DNA of 47,384 nucleotides, from positions 1 through 47,384 of the forward strand of contig NW_021834538.1 in assembly GCF_006345805.1 (NCBI RefSeq), given 5' to 3'. Both the position numbers and the translations under genes were made by a program. This stretch comes from Octopus sinensis. Its lineage: Eukaryota. This document shows positions 13,000-25,533 of this stretch, piece by piece (within the stretch, counting starts at the first letter, position 1; every line of letters starts with the position of its first letter). The notes under the pieces were generated by a model that was given only the letters and a program-made list of their open reading frames with translations, made no database searches and was not told where the DNA came from.

Positions 13000-13415
13000 C
13001 ACAAAAAAAAACGGAGAGAAGGAAATAAAAGTGAGGGGATTTAATTTGCTTTATACAGTAGACCTCCCATAGAAGAATCCGGAGAGAGAGAGAGAACATC
13101 TAAGAAGAAGGAATCTTTTATTAGTATCAAATATCAAGCGTTTATGTCGACGTTGTTCAGATTAGCGCTGTTCTGTTTCGTTCTGAAGGCAAAGCAGAGC
13201 GTTCAATGGCAAAGGTGAAAGAAAAGAAGCAGCCAGGATTGTCTGTATTTACGAAAGGAGTCGGTAATTTACCTCAACTGTATACACATATCCCTTAGCT
13301 TTCTTCTATTGGTCTACAGCATTCCCGATTTGCATCATGAGGTTTTGTTGCATCTATGCACTTTTATGTAACCGCTTATACATACATACATACATACATA
13401 CATACATACACACAC

Positions 13416-13499
<84 letters not shown>

Positions 13500-13642
13500 G
13501 CTAGATAGATAGATAGATATAGGGTAAAAAATTATTAACTTATAATTAATAAATTTTACCAAGCAGTTTCGGTATGGAAAAGAACCATATTCGGTAAAAA
13601 CTCATGCAAGAAGTTTTTCATCTAATTATAACAATAATTAAG

Positions 13643-14068
13643 AGACCTTTTCGGTTTGAACGGCAGTTTTTAAAAATAATTTCCATGTAACTAAATACTT
13701 CGTATACTGGTAGAATGTGTTTATAAAACATCTTTTTCTCTTGGCTTTATTGAGAAAATTCTATAGTTTGTAAGATATTTGTTGGTTTTTTTTCTTCAAT
13801 TTCTGCAATTTCAACCAATCAATGACGTCTATTGAGGTGAAAACATTCTGTACCGAATGAATATGTCCCTCGTTTAAGAAACAGATTGGGTTTACTTACA
13901 TTTGTGAAGAAAAAAAATATACCCTTCCCCCACCCCTAACCCTAACAATAACCCTAACCCTAACCCTAAAACATTGAAATGCAACTGATCGATACTAGGG
14001 TCATAATTATGGGTGACAATTTCATATGACACCGCTAGAAAAAACTGCCGTTCAAACCGAAAAGATCC
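13643..14068. mobile_element. MITE (426 bp) with ~28-bp TIRs and 8-bp TSD; internal (CCCTAA)n
   Basis: TIR (A/G)GA(T/C)CTTTTCGGTTTGAACGGCAGTTTTT at both ends; TSD TAATTAAG at 13635-13642 and 14069-14076; paralog at 21007-21434. Confidence 0.92.
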
Positions 14069-14075
14069 TAATTAA

Positions 14076-14254
14076 GGGTTTAGCAACAAGTTGCTTCACC
14101 ACATTCCGAAAATTTTAAAATAGAAGCCAAAAGACTGTTATTTCTTTCGCTATAAAATATGACTCCATAGATATTTTGTAGCGAAAAGAAATAAGTCTTT
14201 TGGCTGCTATTTCTAAATTTTCGGTATGTGGTGACGCAACTTGTTGCTAAACCC
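14076..14254. mobile_element. 179-bp foldback (near-palindromic) MITE flanked by TTAA, Kolobok-like termini
   Basis: TTAA|GGGTTTAGCAACAAGTTGC...GCAACTTGTTGCTAAACCC|TTAA; arms pair for about 85 bp around a ~10-nt loop. Confidence 0.75.
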
Positions 14255-14280
14255 TTAATTATATATATATTTATATATCT

Positions 14281-15209
14281 TAGGGCGTACCCAAAAGAAA
14301 CCGGAAGTTTGGAATATATTTTAATCTCTTTGCTTTATATGTTTACACTCTTATCGTCTTCAACTTATTCTCCATTTGAAGCAATGCATTGGTCCAGACG
14401 CGTTTTCTACTGTTCGAAGCAGTGTCGGAACTCTTACAAAGTGATGCATTTTAACGTTTCTGTAGGGGTTTTTTTCGTTTCTTTTTTCCTATTCTTCATC
14501 TCTTCCACATCTGTAAATTCCCTAGCATCAGCTTTCGTCATCAGAGATGGCTTTCGAAAAAAATGTCAGGATCAATTTCCCATTGTTCTTTCCGTTCACG
14601 ACACGCATTCAGTCGTGACTGCTTTTGATGTTCCGTGAGCAAGCGAGGCACAAATTTTGTTGCAACTCTTTTCATTTGCAATTCCTCGCTCAAAATTCGT
14701 AGGCAGAACCTCCAGGACACACCTGTCATATCCACAAGTTCGTCACCTGTACGGTAATGGCCCTCTAAGATCATTTCATTAATTTTCATGATGTTTTCAT
14801 TAGTCCGTGAGGTCGACTGACGCCCTGAACGAGGTTGGTCTTCAAGCGACAAGTGACCATTCCAAAAGCATGAAAACCACTCGTAAACTTGTGTATTGCA
14901 CATGACAGCGTCCTTGTAAGTTGTTAGAAGCGCGACAACTTTTCGGCCGCTGTTTTCCCCAGCAGAAAACAGAGTTTCACGGAAGCACGTTCTTCCTGCG
15001 TTTCAGCCATCGCAAAAAAAAATCGACGAACAAGGGAGAAGCACTCGAAAGCAAAGAGGAACCACGTTGCAGTAGGACTACGCTCGACAATGACGATCAG
15101 TATACTGATACCTGAGGGTCGCATCAAGTAGTTTCTAGCGGCGGAAGCCTGAACTACAAGGAGTTTGTCCTACAGAGAACGTTTTCGTTTACTTTGGAGT
15201 ACCCTCTCA
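14281..15209 (-). mobile_element. Decayed mariner-family transposon (N-terminal HTH region retained, most of the catalytic domain deleted)
   Basis: Minus ORF pieces MAETQEERASVKLCFLLGKTAAE... (within 14924-15127) and ...WF...SLEDQPRSGR..ST...KRVATKFVPRLLTEHQKQSRL (14541-14903), including the WVPxxL-like motif. Degenerate TIRs: gggcgtacccaaaagaaaccgg on the left, reverse-complement gagggtactccaaagtaaacg on the right. Confidence 0.88.
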
Positions 15210-15236
15210 TATACATACACACACACACATACACAC

Positions 15237-15277
<41 letters not shown>

Positions 15278-15279
<2 letters not shown>

Positions 15280-15433
15280 TGTAGCTGTGTTGTAAAACGC
15301 TTAGGTCTCAACCACATGGTTCCAGGTTCAGTCCCACTACGTGGCACCTTGGCCAAGTGTCTTCGACTATAGCCTCCAGCTGACAAAGGCCTTGTAAATG
15401 GATTTGTTAGACAGAAACTGAAAGACCGTCGTA
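15278..15433 (+). mobile_element. SINE family A, 5' half
   Basis: ggtgtagctgtgttgtaa...ggttcagtcccactacgtggcaccttggccaagtgtcttc. Confidence 0.85.
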
Positions 15434-15544
15434 TATATATATGTATATATCTATGTATATCTATGTGTATACATACATACATACATACATACATACATGT
15501 ATGTGCGGTAAGAAGCTTACTTTTAACTACATGGTTCCGGGGCC

Positions 15545-15699
<155 letters not shown>

Positions 15700-16172
15700 A
15701 TGAGCAGCTCTAATTATGGCTACATGCGTTTTCTTAATGTGGTCATTTATTCGATAATGCATGTTAAATTGCGTAATTTTACATCATTTCGTAGCCACAC
15801 CATCTCATCAGGTACTACTGAACCTTTTACTAACAAAAATCAAACTGCCTCTTATTGCTTGTAAAGGGCTCAGTATTGAGTGGTGAATGGTGTGTTTATA
15901 TAACAAGGTAAAGTTAAGTAATGTTATAAAACAGTATGCATTATTGAATAAATGACTACGCTATGAAATACGTGTAGCAAAATGTTAAGCTGTTCATTCT
16001 TGTTTCTTTACAATATTATACAAGGGGTAACATGTGCAGCACGTCGGTTTTACATAAACGGATTTACAGGATGCTCAATATCATTATATATAACAGTTTA
16101 ACATGGCACTGACTGTGACATATATATGTACACACACAAACACACACACACACATACACACACACACACACT

Positions 16173-16209
<37 letters not shown>

Positions 16210-16655
16210 GCGCGATAACGGTTTGGCTCAGTTCTATATTACATGAAATTTCTGGCATCAACTGTTCTTAACACATGGGTGTCAACCTATTATTAAATAT
16301 GTTACATATATTCGTTACGCACATATGTGCGCGCTCGCATCCACACATTATGTGTGTGTGTGTGTGTGTTTATGTTTGTATGGATGCGTTTGCGAAAGTG
16401 CGTGCTTGTGATGTCCAAGACAGTCTTTCCGTTGGTCCTGTTTGAAAAACTCTATTCTTTGCTTATGCCTCGTAACACAGCGGTCCAATAAATATAGAAG
16501 GAGCAGATACGTACCACATTTTAGTATATATATATGTGTACTGATGCAATCAGTTAAACCCTTCCAGGCTCTAGTCTAACATGGCCGGTGTCTAATGACT
16601 GTGACATGTAAAAGATTGTACACGTGCGTATGCCCACAAAGCACATACGTGTATA

Positions 16656-16778
<123 letters not shown>

Positions 16779-17041
16779 ATACATGTTTGTTTTTCTCTTT
16801 ACACACACACACACCCACACACACATACACTTAGAGGCAAATCGAAAATCAAAAATAACCAACAATAGTCAAAGGGACGTATACATGGGAAGTACTAGGT
16901 TGACTTTCAATAAATGATGGAGGAAAAAAGTGGGTGTATAACGTTTCGAGCATGGTTCTTCTTCACAAAGAGGAAAGATCCGCGAGAAGGAAAAAAAAGT
17001 CCAAAAAATGAAAAGCACATGTGTGTATATATATATATATA

Positions 17042-17455
17042 TTCTTTTATTCTTTTATTTGTTTCAGTCATCTGACTGCGGCCATGCTGGAGCACCGCCT
17101 TTAGTCGAACAGATCAACCCCAGGACTTATTCTCTGTAAGCCTAGTACTTATTCTATCGGTCTCTTTTACCGAACCGCTAAGTTACGGGGACGTGAACAC
17201 ACCAACATCGGTTGGCAAGCGATGGTTGGGGCCAAACACAGACACACAAACACATACACATGCGCGCGCGCACACACACACACATATATATACGACATGC
17301 TTCTTTCTGTTTCCGTCTACCAAATCCACTCACAAGGCTTTGGTTAGCCCGAGGCTATAGTAGAAGAAACTTGCCCAAGGTGCTACGCAGTGGGACTGAA
17401 CCCGGAAACATGTAGCTGGTAAGCAAGCTTCTTGCCACACAGTCACACCTGCGCC
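17042..17455 (-). mobile_element. SINE family A, full length
   Basis: Matches 9087-9488 throughout. Confidence 0.92.
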
Positions 17456-17494
17456 TATATATGTGTATATATATATATATATATTTGAAATTTA

Positions 17495-17650
17495 TAGAAA
17501 AATAAAAGACAAAGACAGGTGTATGAACAACAAGCAGGTGCATCAGTTTGACGCTCGTGAAAAATGAAAAAGTCTTTTACCTTTCGAGCCTACGCTCTTC
17601 AACAGAAAGAAAAAAATAAACGGAAAGAGAATGAAAAAAACTTGTAGATT
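17495..17650 (-). mobile_element. Family E repeat with hammerhead-like core
   Basis: Aligns with 2245-2430. Confidence 0.6.
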
Positions 17651-17994
17651 TCAGCGCTCCAGCATGGCAAATTTATATATAGATAAATAGTTAGCTAGAT
17701 AAATAGATAGATAGATAGATAGATTGATAGATAGATAAGTATGTGTTGCTCCACCACAAATACACAAACATACATACACACACACATACATACATGCATA
17801 CATACATACACACACACATAATGCATATGCTTGCATACACGAACGCGCACGTGCGCACACACATTTAAACCACAAAGACGAATAAGAGTATATTAAATAA
17901 CATACAATGTAAATCCTTGATATATTTCATCTATTACCCCCTATTGGTTTCAGCCGAAGTCTGAGGCCATACTGGAGCACAGTTTTTCAATGGT

Positions 17995-18560
17995 CTAACT
18001 TTCTTTTCTCTACTGTCTTTGCTGAAGCAGCAAGTTGGACGGACCTGCTCTTCTTTGTACACATCCTACCGCAATGAAGGTCCATCTGATATCTCAAAAA
18101 AAATTTGTCCAGACGCTCTTTGAAGACCAACACATCTACACCTCACAAATCTCCGAGGTTGTTTGGCAGACTGTTGAACTGTTGTGGACCCTTGAAACCC
18201 AAGTTGTTATAATACTGGGTCCTTATTCTATATGGAGTAGACGAGATCTTTGGTGCTATGTAGTTCCGTCACGTTCGGAGCTTAGTATAGCTTTCAATTC
18301 CAAAGTAGGGAACTAGACATTCCAGGGCCTTCCGTATGTACATCACTGCATATCTTTCACGCTTTCTGTCTAGAGAGAAGAGCTTCAATTCCTTTAGCGT
18401 CTCATCTATTTCACCATGTGAATCCTCTTTGTGTAGTAACACTGGATTTCCTCAAGTTCCGATACCAGTTTGTTGCTTTTGTCATATCCACAGCTGGGAG
18501 CAGTAATCCAGAAGACTGGAACGAAAGTTTTCCTTAGAAGTAGCATGGTATCTTTTTTTT
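17995..18560 (-). mobile_element. CR1-group LINE 3' fragment (pseudogenised)
   Basis: Minus strand reads ...LDYCSQLW...LEEIQCYYTKRI...LKLFSLDRKRERYAVMYIRK...GFKGPQQFNSLP...FKERLDKF, typical CR1-type ORF2 C-terminal motifs. Confidence 0.82.
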
Positions 18561-18844
18561 TTTTCCTGCTTCTGAATGATATCAAAATCCAGAAGCATTG
18601 AAATGCTATTTAGAAGAAAAAAAACAGTCATAAGAGGGTAGATGTGGGTATGTGTTTCTGCGTTATTAAGCGTCATCAGCATAGCCATTGCCTTATCTTA
18701 TCATCTGCAGACGAGACACTTAGACATTCACACGAAGAAGTAGAACGCATATATGGACTGCAATTTGCAGAAATGAAACGAAAATGAGCTAAAATGTACG
18801 TACACAGATGTTTGTATGTATGCATGTGTATACAAATGTTTGCC

Positions 18845-18881
<37 letters not shown>

Positions 18882-18989
18882 CCGCATGCATATATATATA
18901 TATATATTTATATATACATGCCTGTATGAATATTATGCATGTATGTATATACCTATGTGTTTGTGTATTTATGCATGTATATATATATA

Positions 18990-19740
18990 TGCTTCCCTAC
19001 CTTCCTACCTTCCTACCTACCTACCTACCTTCCTACCTACCTACCAACCTACCTACCTACCAACCTACCTACCTACCTACCTACCTACTTGTCTTTCTCA
19101 CGCTGTTCTCATTCTCCCTTACTTCACTATAGTCTATCACTCGTTATCTGCTTATTTTCGGCATCTTTTATGCCTTTCGCTTTTCTATCTTTCTACTTTC
19201 ACGCCTCTCCCGTCTTTTTCTCTTCCAGACATCTACCCATGTTCAACCAACCGTACTTCCTCATCATTAACTTTTCTTTCGTCATATTCTGCTCATTTGT
19301 CTAGTTTTTCATGTTTAACTCTTTCATTTCCTTTCTACTTTATCTCAAATATATCACAATCTTCGTACCTCCTCTCCCTTTCTCCTTCGCTTTTCTTTTT
19401 TTCTTTCCTCGTTCTTTCTCTTATATTCGTTTCTGCCTGCTCGCTCTTTCATTCACTTTTTCCCTTTCTTTCGCCTCACCTTTACTCTTCTCTTTTCTAG
19501 TCCCACCTCTTTCTGCTCGATCTTATTACTTATCCTTATTCTCCTCTTTCCTTCTCAAAATCTGTTCTTACACGTTTTCTAATTTTTCTCTTCACTCTTT
19601 CTTTCCTCGTTTACTTCTGCGTTTTATGATTTCCCTAATTTATCTTTCCTCTTCTCAACACATTTTCTTAGTCTCTCGATTACCTCTTCAATCATTTCTT
19701 CTTACTAAACTCTTCCTCTTCAAATTCATATTCACTCACT
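18990..19740. repeat. (CTAC)n followed by long pyrimidine-rich low-complexity sequence
   Basis: Read directly. Confidence 0.85.
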
Positions 19741-20123
19741 CCCACGACTCGCCGTCACAAACCATCGTCCGCCATTATCTATCAGACGATATCCTCTCCC
19801 ATTCAACTAAACCGGCTGTCGTTTGGTCTGACCTAGGTCATTTATAGAAAGATGAATAAAAATGATAGCCAGTAGGCAGGGACATCCTAATAACCGCACC
19901 ATTTGACGCGCTCACACGATTTTGCTGGACAATACATGAACGACATTCAAATAAGATTACATCACGATTTTGTGGTGAAATGGATGTTTCTTTGTAGAGT
20001 TACATAGCTGTCTGTTCGTCTAGTCTTATGCATCATGATATTTTTTTCACAACTTGAACGTGCTGGCTGGTTAAATTACATAACTCACACAGCCAGCCAA
20101 ACCTACAGAAACACACACTAACG

Positions 20124-20550
20124 TATGTATGTATGTATGTATGTATGTATGTATGTATGTATGTATGTATGTATGTATGTATGTATGTATGTATGTATTA
20201 TCTGTGTGTGTATGTGTGTATGTGTGCGTGTGCGTTCATGCTTGTATGTATGCATGTATGTTTGTATGTATGTATGTATGTATGTATATATATGTATGTA
20301 TCTGTGTGTGTATGTGTGTATGTGTGCGTGTGCGTTCATGCTTGTATATATGCATGTATGTATGTATGTATGTATGTGTGTATGTATGTATGTATGTATT
20401 ATCTGTGTGTGTATGTGTGTATGTGTGCGTTCATGCTTGTATGTATGCATGTATGTATGTATGCATGCAAAAAAAAAGGAGTTGGTACATACATACATAC
20501 ATACATACATACATACATACATACATACATACATACATACATACATACAA
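20124..20550. repeat. (TATG)n/(CATA)n array containing three ~100-bp higher-order units
   Basis: The block 'tatctgtgtgtgtatgtgtgtatgtgtgc...ttcatgcttgtat' recurs near 20198, 20300 and 20399. Confidence 0.9.
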
Positions 20551-20625
20551 GTACACACCTATCGTATTACGCTACATAACATAATTAGAAAATTCGAAAT
20601 GTAAACCTATTACACCGTCTTATAT

Positions 20626-20866
20626 ATGTTTCTTAACTACGCACAAGGGGCTAAACACAGAGAGGACAAACAAGGACAGACAAACGGATTAAGTCGATTA
20701 CATCGACCCCCAGTGTGTAACTGGTACTTAATTTATCGATTCGATCCCGAAAGGATGAAAGGCAAAGTCGACCTCGGCGGAATTTGAACTCGGAACGTAA
20801 CGGCAGACGAAATACGGCTACGCATTTCGCCCGGCGTGCTAACGATTCTGCCAGCTCGCCGCCTTG
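20626..20866 (-). mobile_element. SINE family B, full length with 13-bp TSD
   Basis: TSD CACCGTCTTATAT at 20613-20625 and 20867-20879; minus-strand head ggcggcgagctggcagaatcgttagcacg. Confidence 0.93.
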
Positions 20867-21006
20867 CACCGTCTTATATCATCTCTTTGAGGACAGAAAA
20901 AGTGACGTCAATTTGACTTATAGCGTAAATTTTGTTTAGTTTTCATAGTGTGTGTAAAATCCTGTTATTTTAAAAAATGTATTAATTCACGTTATCAGCG
21001 CATGTA

Positions 21007-21434
21007 AGATCTTTTCGGTTTGAACGGCAGTTTTTTCTACCGGTGTCATATGAAATTGTCACCCATAATTATGACCATAGTATCGATCTATTGCATTTCA
21101 ATCTGTTTTAGGGTTAGGGTTAGGGTTAGAGGTGGGGGAAGGGTATCTATTTTTCTTCACAAATGTAAATAAACTCAATCTGTTTCTTAAACGAGGGACA
21201 TATTCATGCGGCACAGAATGTTTTTTTTTTTACCTCAATAGACGTCACTGATTGGTTGAAATTGCAGAAATTGAAGAAAAAACAACAACAAATATCTTAC
21301 AATCTATAGAATTTTCTCAATAAAGCCAAGAGAAAAAGATGTTTTATAAACACATTCTACCAGTATACGAAGTTTAAAATTTTTTAGTTACCTAGAAATT
21401 ATGTTAAAAACTGCCGTTCAAACCGAAAAGATCC
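21007..21434. mobile_element. MITE (428 bp), paralog of 13643-14068 in opposite orientation, 8-bp TSD
   Basis: TIRs AGATCTTTTCGGTTTGAACGGCAGTTTTT / AAAAACTGCCGTTCAAACCGAAAAGATCC; TSD CGCATGTA at 20999-21006 and 21435-21442; (TTAGGG)n near 21107-21129. Confidence 0.93.
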
Positions 21435-21622
21435 CGCATGTATATTGTTTTGCTAATTAAAACAAATAGTTTTTGCATGTCCTTGTCTATACACTTCATA
21501 AATAACTACAAACCGCTAATCTCGCCCTCGTTGTTTCTGCCCTCGGAAAGATCAAAACCAGAAGTGTAACCCCCAGATTTGCTGTTTACAACGAGTCCAA
21601 AATCGTGTATTTTATATTCAAA

Positions 21623-22128
21623 CTAGCAGTATCGCCCGGCGTTGCTCGGGTTTGTAAGGGAAATAACTATATAAGCATTTTTAGAGAGTTACTTCCCTTA
21701 TAAATTCGGGCTTTCTTAGCCATTTTTGTTTTGGTGTCTTCAAGCCATGAAGTCGTTGTTCTAAAAGAATGCTGGTTTCCTTCACAACGCATTACGACGT
21801 TGATTTCTTTACACTCCCTTCCCCACAGCTTCACGAGGGAGGGAAGGAGGAGAAGCAAACAGGTGCAGCTGTGAGCGTGGACGCCAACTCCGCCGCCATC
21901 GACACGCGATGCATTTTATGTTTTAAAATGGAATAAAAAATGATGTTAAATTATTTTTAAAATCGTAGACTCATCGTTGACGCGCGCTAATAGTCAGACG
22001 GGCTCGATATGAATCACGACTATAAGATATCCGAATTTGGTTAAACTGCACCGCAAAATGTGGGAGGAGTTAGGAATCTAAATCGAAGGGGACAGACACT
22101 CACACAACTAGAGTTTTATATATATAGA
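21623..22128 (-). mobile_element. Non-autonomous Helitron (506 bp)
   Basis: Minus strand begins A|TCTATATATATAAAA and ends CCCGAGCAACGCCGGG (hairpin) CGATACTG CTAG|T: canonical TC...CTAG ends, subterminal hairpin and A|T insertion site. Confidence 0.85.
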
Positions 22129-22617
22129 TATACATTTTGAGATACATGTAAGCCTCTCCTTCGTGTACGAGCATTTATATACTTTTCTTACCTCTGTATT
22201 TGCATTTTATGATTGATGATGATAAACGTACGTGTAAATATTCCAGTATGGAAGGCTATGAGTGAAACCTTTCTTTGTTTTTATACCTACGTGTATCCAA
22301 TGCCACGGATAGACATGTGTCTGTTATGTAGTTTGCAAATCTATTAATCTGTTTGTTAAAATAGTGTTTGTGTGTATATGTGTGTGTGTTCGCGCGCGCG
22401 TGCAATTGTACTCCAGTGACTTTTGTATATTTATCAGGAATACACAACTAACTAAATAACCACACGTGAAAGTGTGTGTGTGTGTGTTTGTGTGTGTGGT
22501 GTGTGTGGTGTGTGTGTGTGTGCATGTGTTTGTGGTGCATCAAAATGTATGAATTTATGCGTATATATGTATATCTGAGTGCATTTGTGTGTGTGTGTGT
22601 GTATACATAAAATACAA

Positions 22618-22620
22618 CTA

Positions 22621-22690
<70 letters not shown>

Positions 22691-22706
22691 CCTGTCTATC
22701 TACCTG

Positions 22707-22740
<34 letters not shown>

Positions 22741-22787
22741 CATCTATCCATCCATCCATCCATCCATCATCCATCCATCCATCCATC

Positions 22788-22821
<34 letters not shown>

Positions 22822-22822
22822 A

Positions 22823-22876
<54 letters not shown>
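22618..22876. repeat. (TATC)n/(CATC)n microsatellite
   Basis: Read directly. Confidence 0.97.
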
Positions 22877-22877
<1 letters not shown>

Positions 22878-23443
22878 TTAACTATTCGTCTGTGTAAGTA
22901 TATATTTATATACACATGCATGCATAACTATATACTCTTGCATACGCACATACCCTTGTGTGTATTTGTGTGTACAAGTCTTTTTGCATGTTGGTGTGTT
23001 TACATTTCCCTCCAGTGACTTCCGGTGAAGAATTTATGGAATGATGGGGAGCCAATCTACCACACAATGAATGGATTTGTAGGCCGCATGTCGTTCATTC
23101 TTTTGTACCGCTTTTTCCTAGAGAGCCACAACATTCCTAGTCTACCCCGTAAAGTTTTATGTTACAGAACCTAATGCACCGATGGCTACATTTGTTAATG
23201 AGAAGCCGTAGTGAGGATATAGAAGGTAGGGCAACGATTATGAATGGTTGCACAAACAAACAAAGCAAAAAAAAAAAATATACAAGTATGATTGTAACTT
23301 CAATGAATAGTGTGAGTTTCAGAATGCATTTGTGGCCTTGGGAATTTGCATGAGTGAAACAAAAATTGCGCTGAGAGAAATAACTGACAGTGGTCAGTAG
23401 CATGTATTTGAACAATATAGTAAAATACGGGTATATCAAATAC

Positions 23444-23691
23444 CGGTTGAGGCACGCGGCTTGGTGGTTAGGCTGTCAGCATCATGATCGTAAGTTTGTG
23501 GATTCGATTTCTGGACCGGGCGACGCGTTGTGTTCTTGAGCAAAACACTTCATTTCACGTTGCTCCAGTCCACTCAGCTGGCAAAAATGAGTAACGCAGC
23601 GATGGACATCCTGCTGGGGAACACATACGCCATAGAAACCGGGCCCATGATCCTGGCTATGCTTTAAAAGGGGGCAGTAATTACTTTATTT
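23444..23691 (+). mobile_element. SINE family C with 12-bp TSD
   Basis: TSD TATATCAAATAC at 23432-23443 and 23692-23703; the empty site is seen in the paralogous segment at 24189-24200. Confidence 0.88.
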
Positions 23692-25149
23692 TATATCAAA
23701 TACTGTACAACATAAATTCTGGATTTGTTAAACTTTGCTCCGATGATGTGCTTTATGGTTTTAGCCTTGGATCTTCACTTTCAAATTACAAATCGCTTCA
23801 TGGCCTACTCGGGCGGTCGACTTATCTATACTCCTGGGCGCTTTTAGCGGAGACCCATCCGTTGTAGGGATTTGGGCCAGATCTTTGATTTAATTATGCT
23901 TTCCTGTATTGTCTCCTCCCGCGTTATAGAGACGTTGTACGCTAATACCGAGTATGTTCCGGTCACTTAATGATCATTTGTTAACGAGAAACCGTAGTGA
24001 GGATACAGAAGTCCAGAACAATGATTATGAATGGTTAAACGAAAATTCAAGTTTGAGCGTGATTTCACTGAAGAGCATGAATTTCAGAATGCATATGTTG
24101 TCTTGAGAATTTCCCTGATGTAAACAAAAATTGCGTTAAGAGAAATAACTCAAGCTTGTTGTATATGAACAACACAAACAGATACAGTTATATCAAATAC
24201 TGCACAACATAAACTCTGGATTTATTAAAATCTTCTTCTAGGGGATGTCACACAGTTATCAAATAGCATTGAGAGCGATTATGACGCATCTTCTTGGGAG
24301 CAGAAATAATTTAAATAAATTAAGAATTTATGTTGTATGGTATTTAATACACTAGTATTTATCTTTCGGTGGTTCTCAAGCATTTTATTTTACTTATAGA
24401 CCCCTTTGATAATATTAACCATAATATTTACACGCTATTATTTGTAGCTTTATCTGCATCGAGTTTCACTGTTCCAGAAAAGAATTATTTCATGTTCCCC
24501 CAGATTCGTATGACTCCAACAGAATATATTTACGTATAACTGGGGCACCTAATCCTACGTTCTGAGTACAATAGGTTTAGATGTAATCCTATGATCAGGG
24601 TATAGGGCTTAATATAACGAAGACTATGGGTATTTTCTGTTCTGTGTTAGGGCGTGTTATCACTGTTAATATCGATAGCATTGCCTTGTGCTCGTAAAGA
24701 AATCAATATAACGATCGATTCGTCTAGTAATTCTTTGATATTCAGTCTCGGAAAATAATCCCCCTAATTCGTCGTCCCCCTTGTTCTATTGAAACTGGAG
24801 TTTGACTCTCACCAGGGGTTAGGCTGCCTGTCATGGCTGAATTGCAGTGCTATGTTACATACATAAATATGCATGTACACACGTCTATGTGTGTATGTGT
24901 GCGTGTGTTTGAAATGGTACGATACACAGTTTCCTCAATACAGCAGATTAATGAGGTACTCCCAGGAAACAATGTCAACAACATTCCAAGATTCGACTGC
25001 AACACTGGAACGTATTGGAAGAGAAACCATGTACCTCAAAATTCCACTCGCAAGAAATAACACACGTTACCCGTGGTATGCAGGAAATTCAATAAAGTTT
25101 AAAGGACGAGATGAAAAAAAAAAATGGCTGTCCATTCTGAGCTGAACGT

Positions 25150-25348
25150 GTTTCTATAGAAACCCATTTATCACGTGCAAATTCATGCAGTTACGTATAT
25201 TACGTAAGTTATAAATGTGTGCCACTTCACCGGGCCCTCGAGTTGCTCCGATAACGAATCAATAAAGTGACGTACATTTATGACTTACGAAATGCATGTA
25301 GCTGCGTGCATTTTGCACCGAATAATTGGGTTGCTACGGAAACACGTG
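25150..25348. promoter_or_regulatory. Candidate cis-regulatory module: RFX X-box-like 14-mers, E-boxes and bZIP sites
   Basis: GTTTCTATAGAAAC 25150-25163, GTTGCTCCGATAAC 25242-25255, GTTGCTACGGAAAC 25330-25343; CACGTG at 25172 and 25343; TTACGTAA 25200-25207; TGACGTA at 25268. Motif matches only. Confidence 0.4.
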
Positions 25349-25429
25349 TAGCTCTCTCACTGAACTGCCTTTGTCCGATCCTTTTAATTAATGAGGTATA
25401 AATGCATGCATGTTTGTATGAATGTATGT

Positions 25430-25489
25430 ACGTACACACACATACACACACACACACATACATATACATATATATGCATAAATATATAA

Positions 25490-25533
<44 letters not shown>

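Noticed and set aside
13189-13263. Possible small exon (ttctgaAG|...gtcg|GTAATT)
   Set aside because: Weak acceptor and donor; two frames are open but neither peptide is recognisable.
13934-13969. (CCCTAA)n and (TTAGGG)n as a real telomere or chromosome fusion site
   Set aside because: Only a few units, and they lie inside a TIR/TSD-bounded MITE at both locations.
18808-19847. Long ORFs (230 aa, 178 aa) rich in S, L and F
   Set aside because: They derive from (CTAC)n and pyrimidine-rich low-complexity sequence.
24833-25145. Short ORFs (75 aa, 90 aa) in unique sequence
   Set aside because: They begin in or cross a (TG)-like tract, with no homology and no convincing splice pair.
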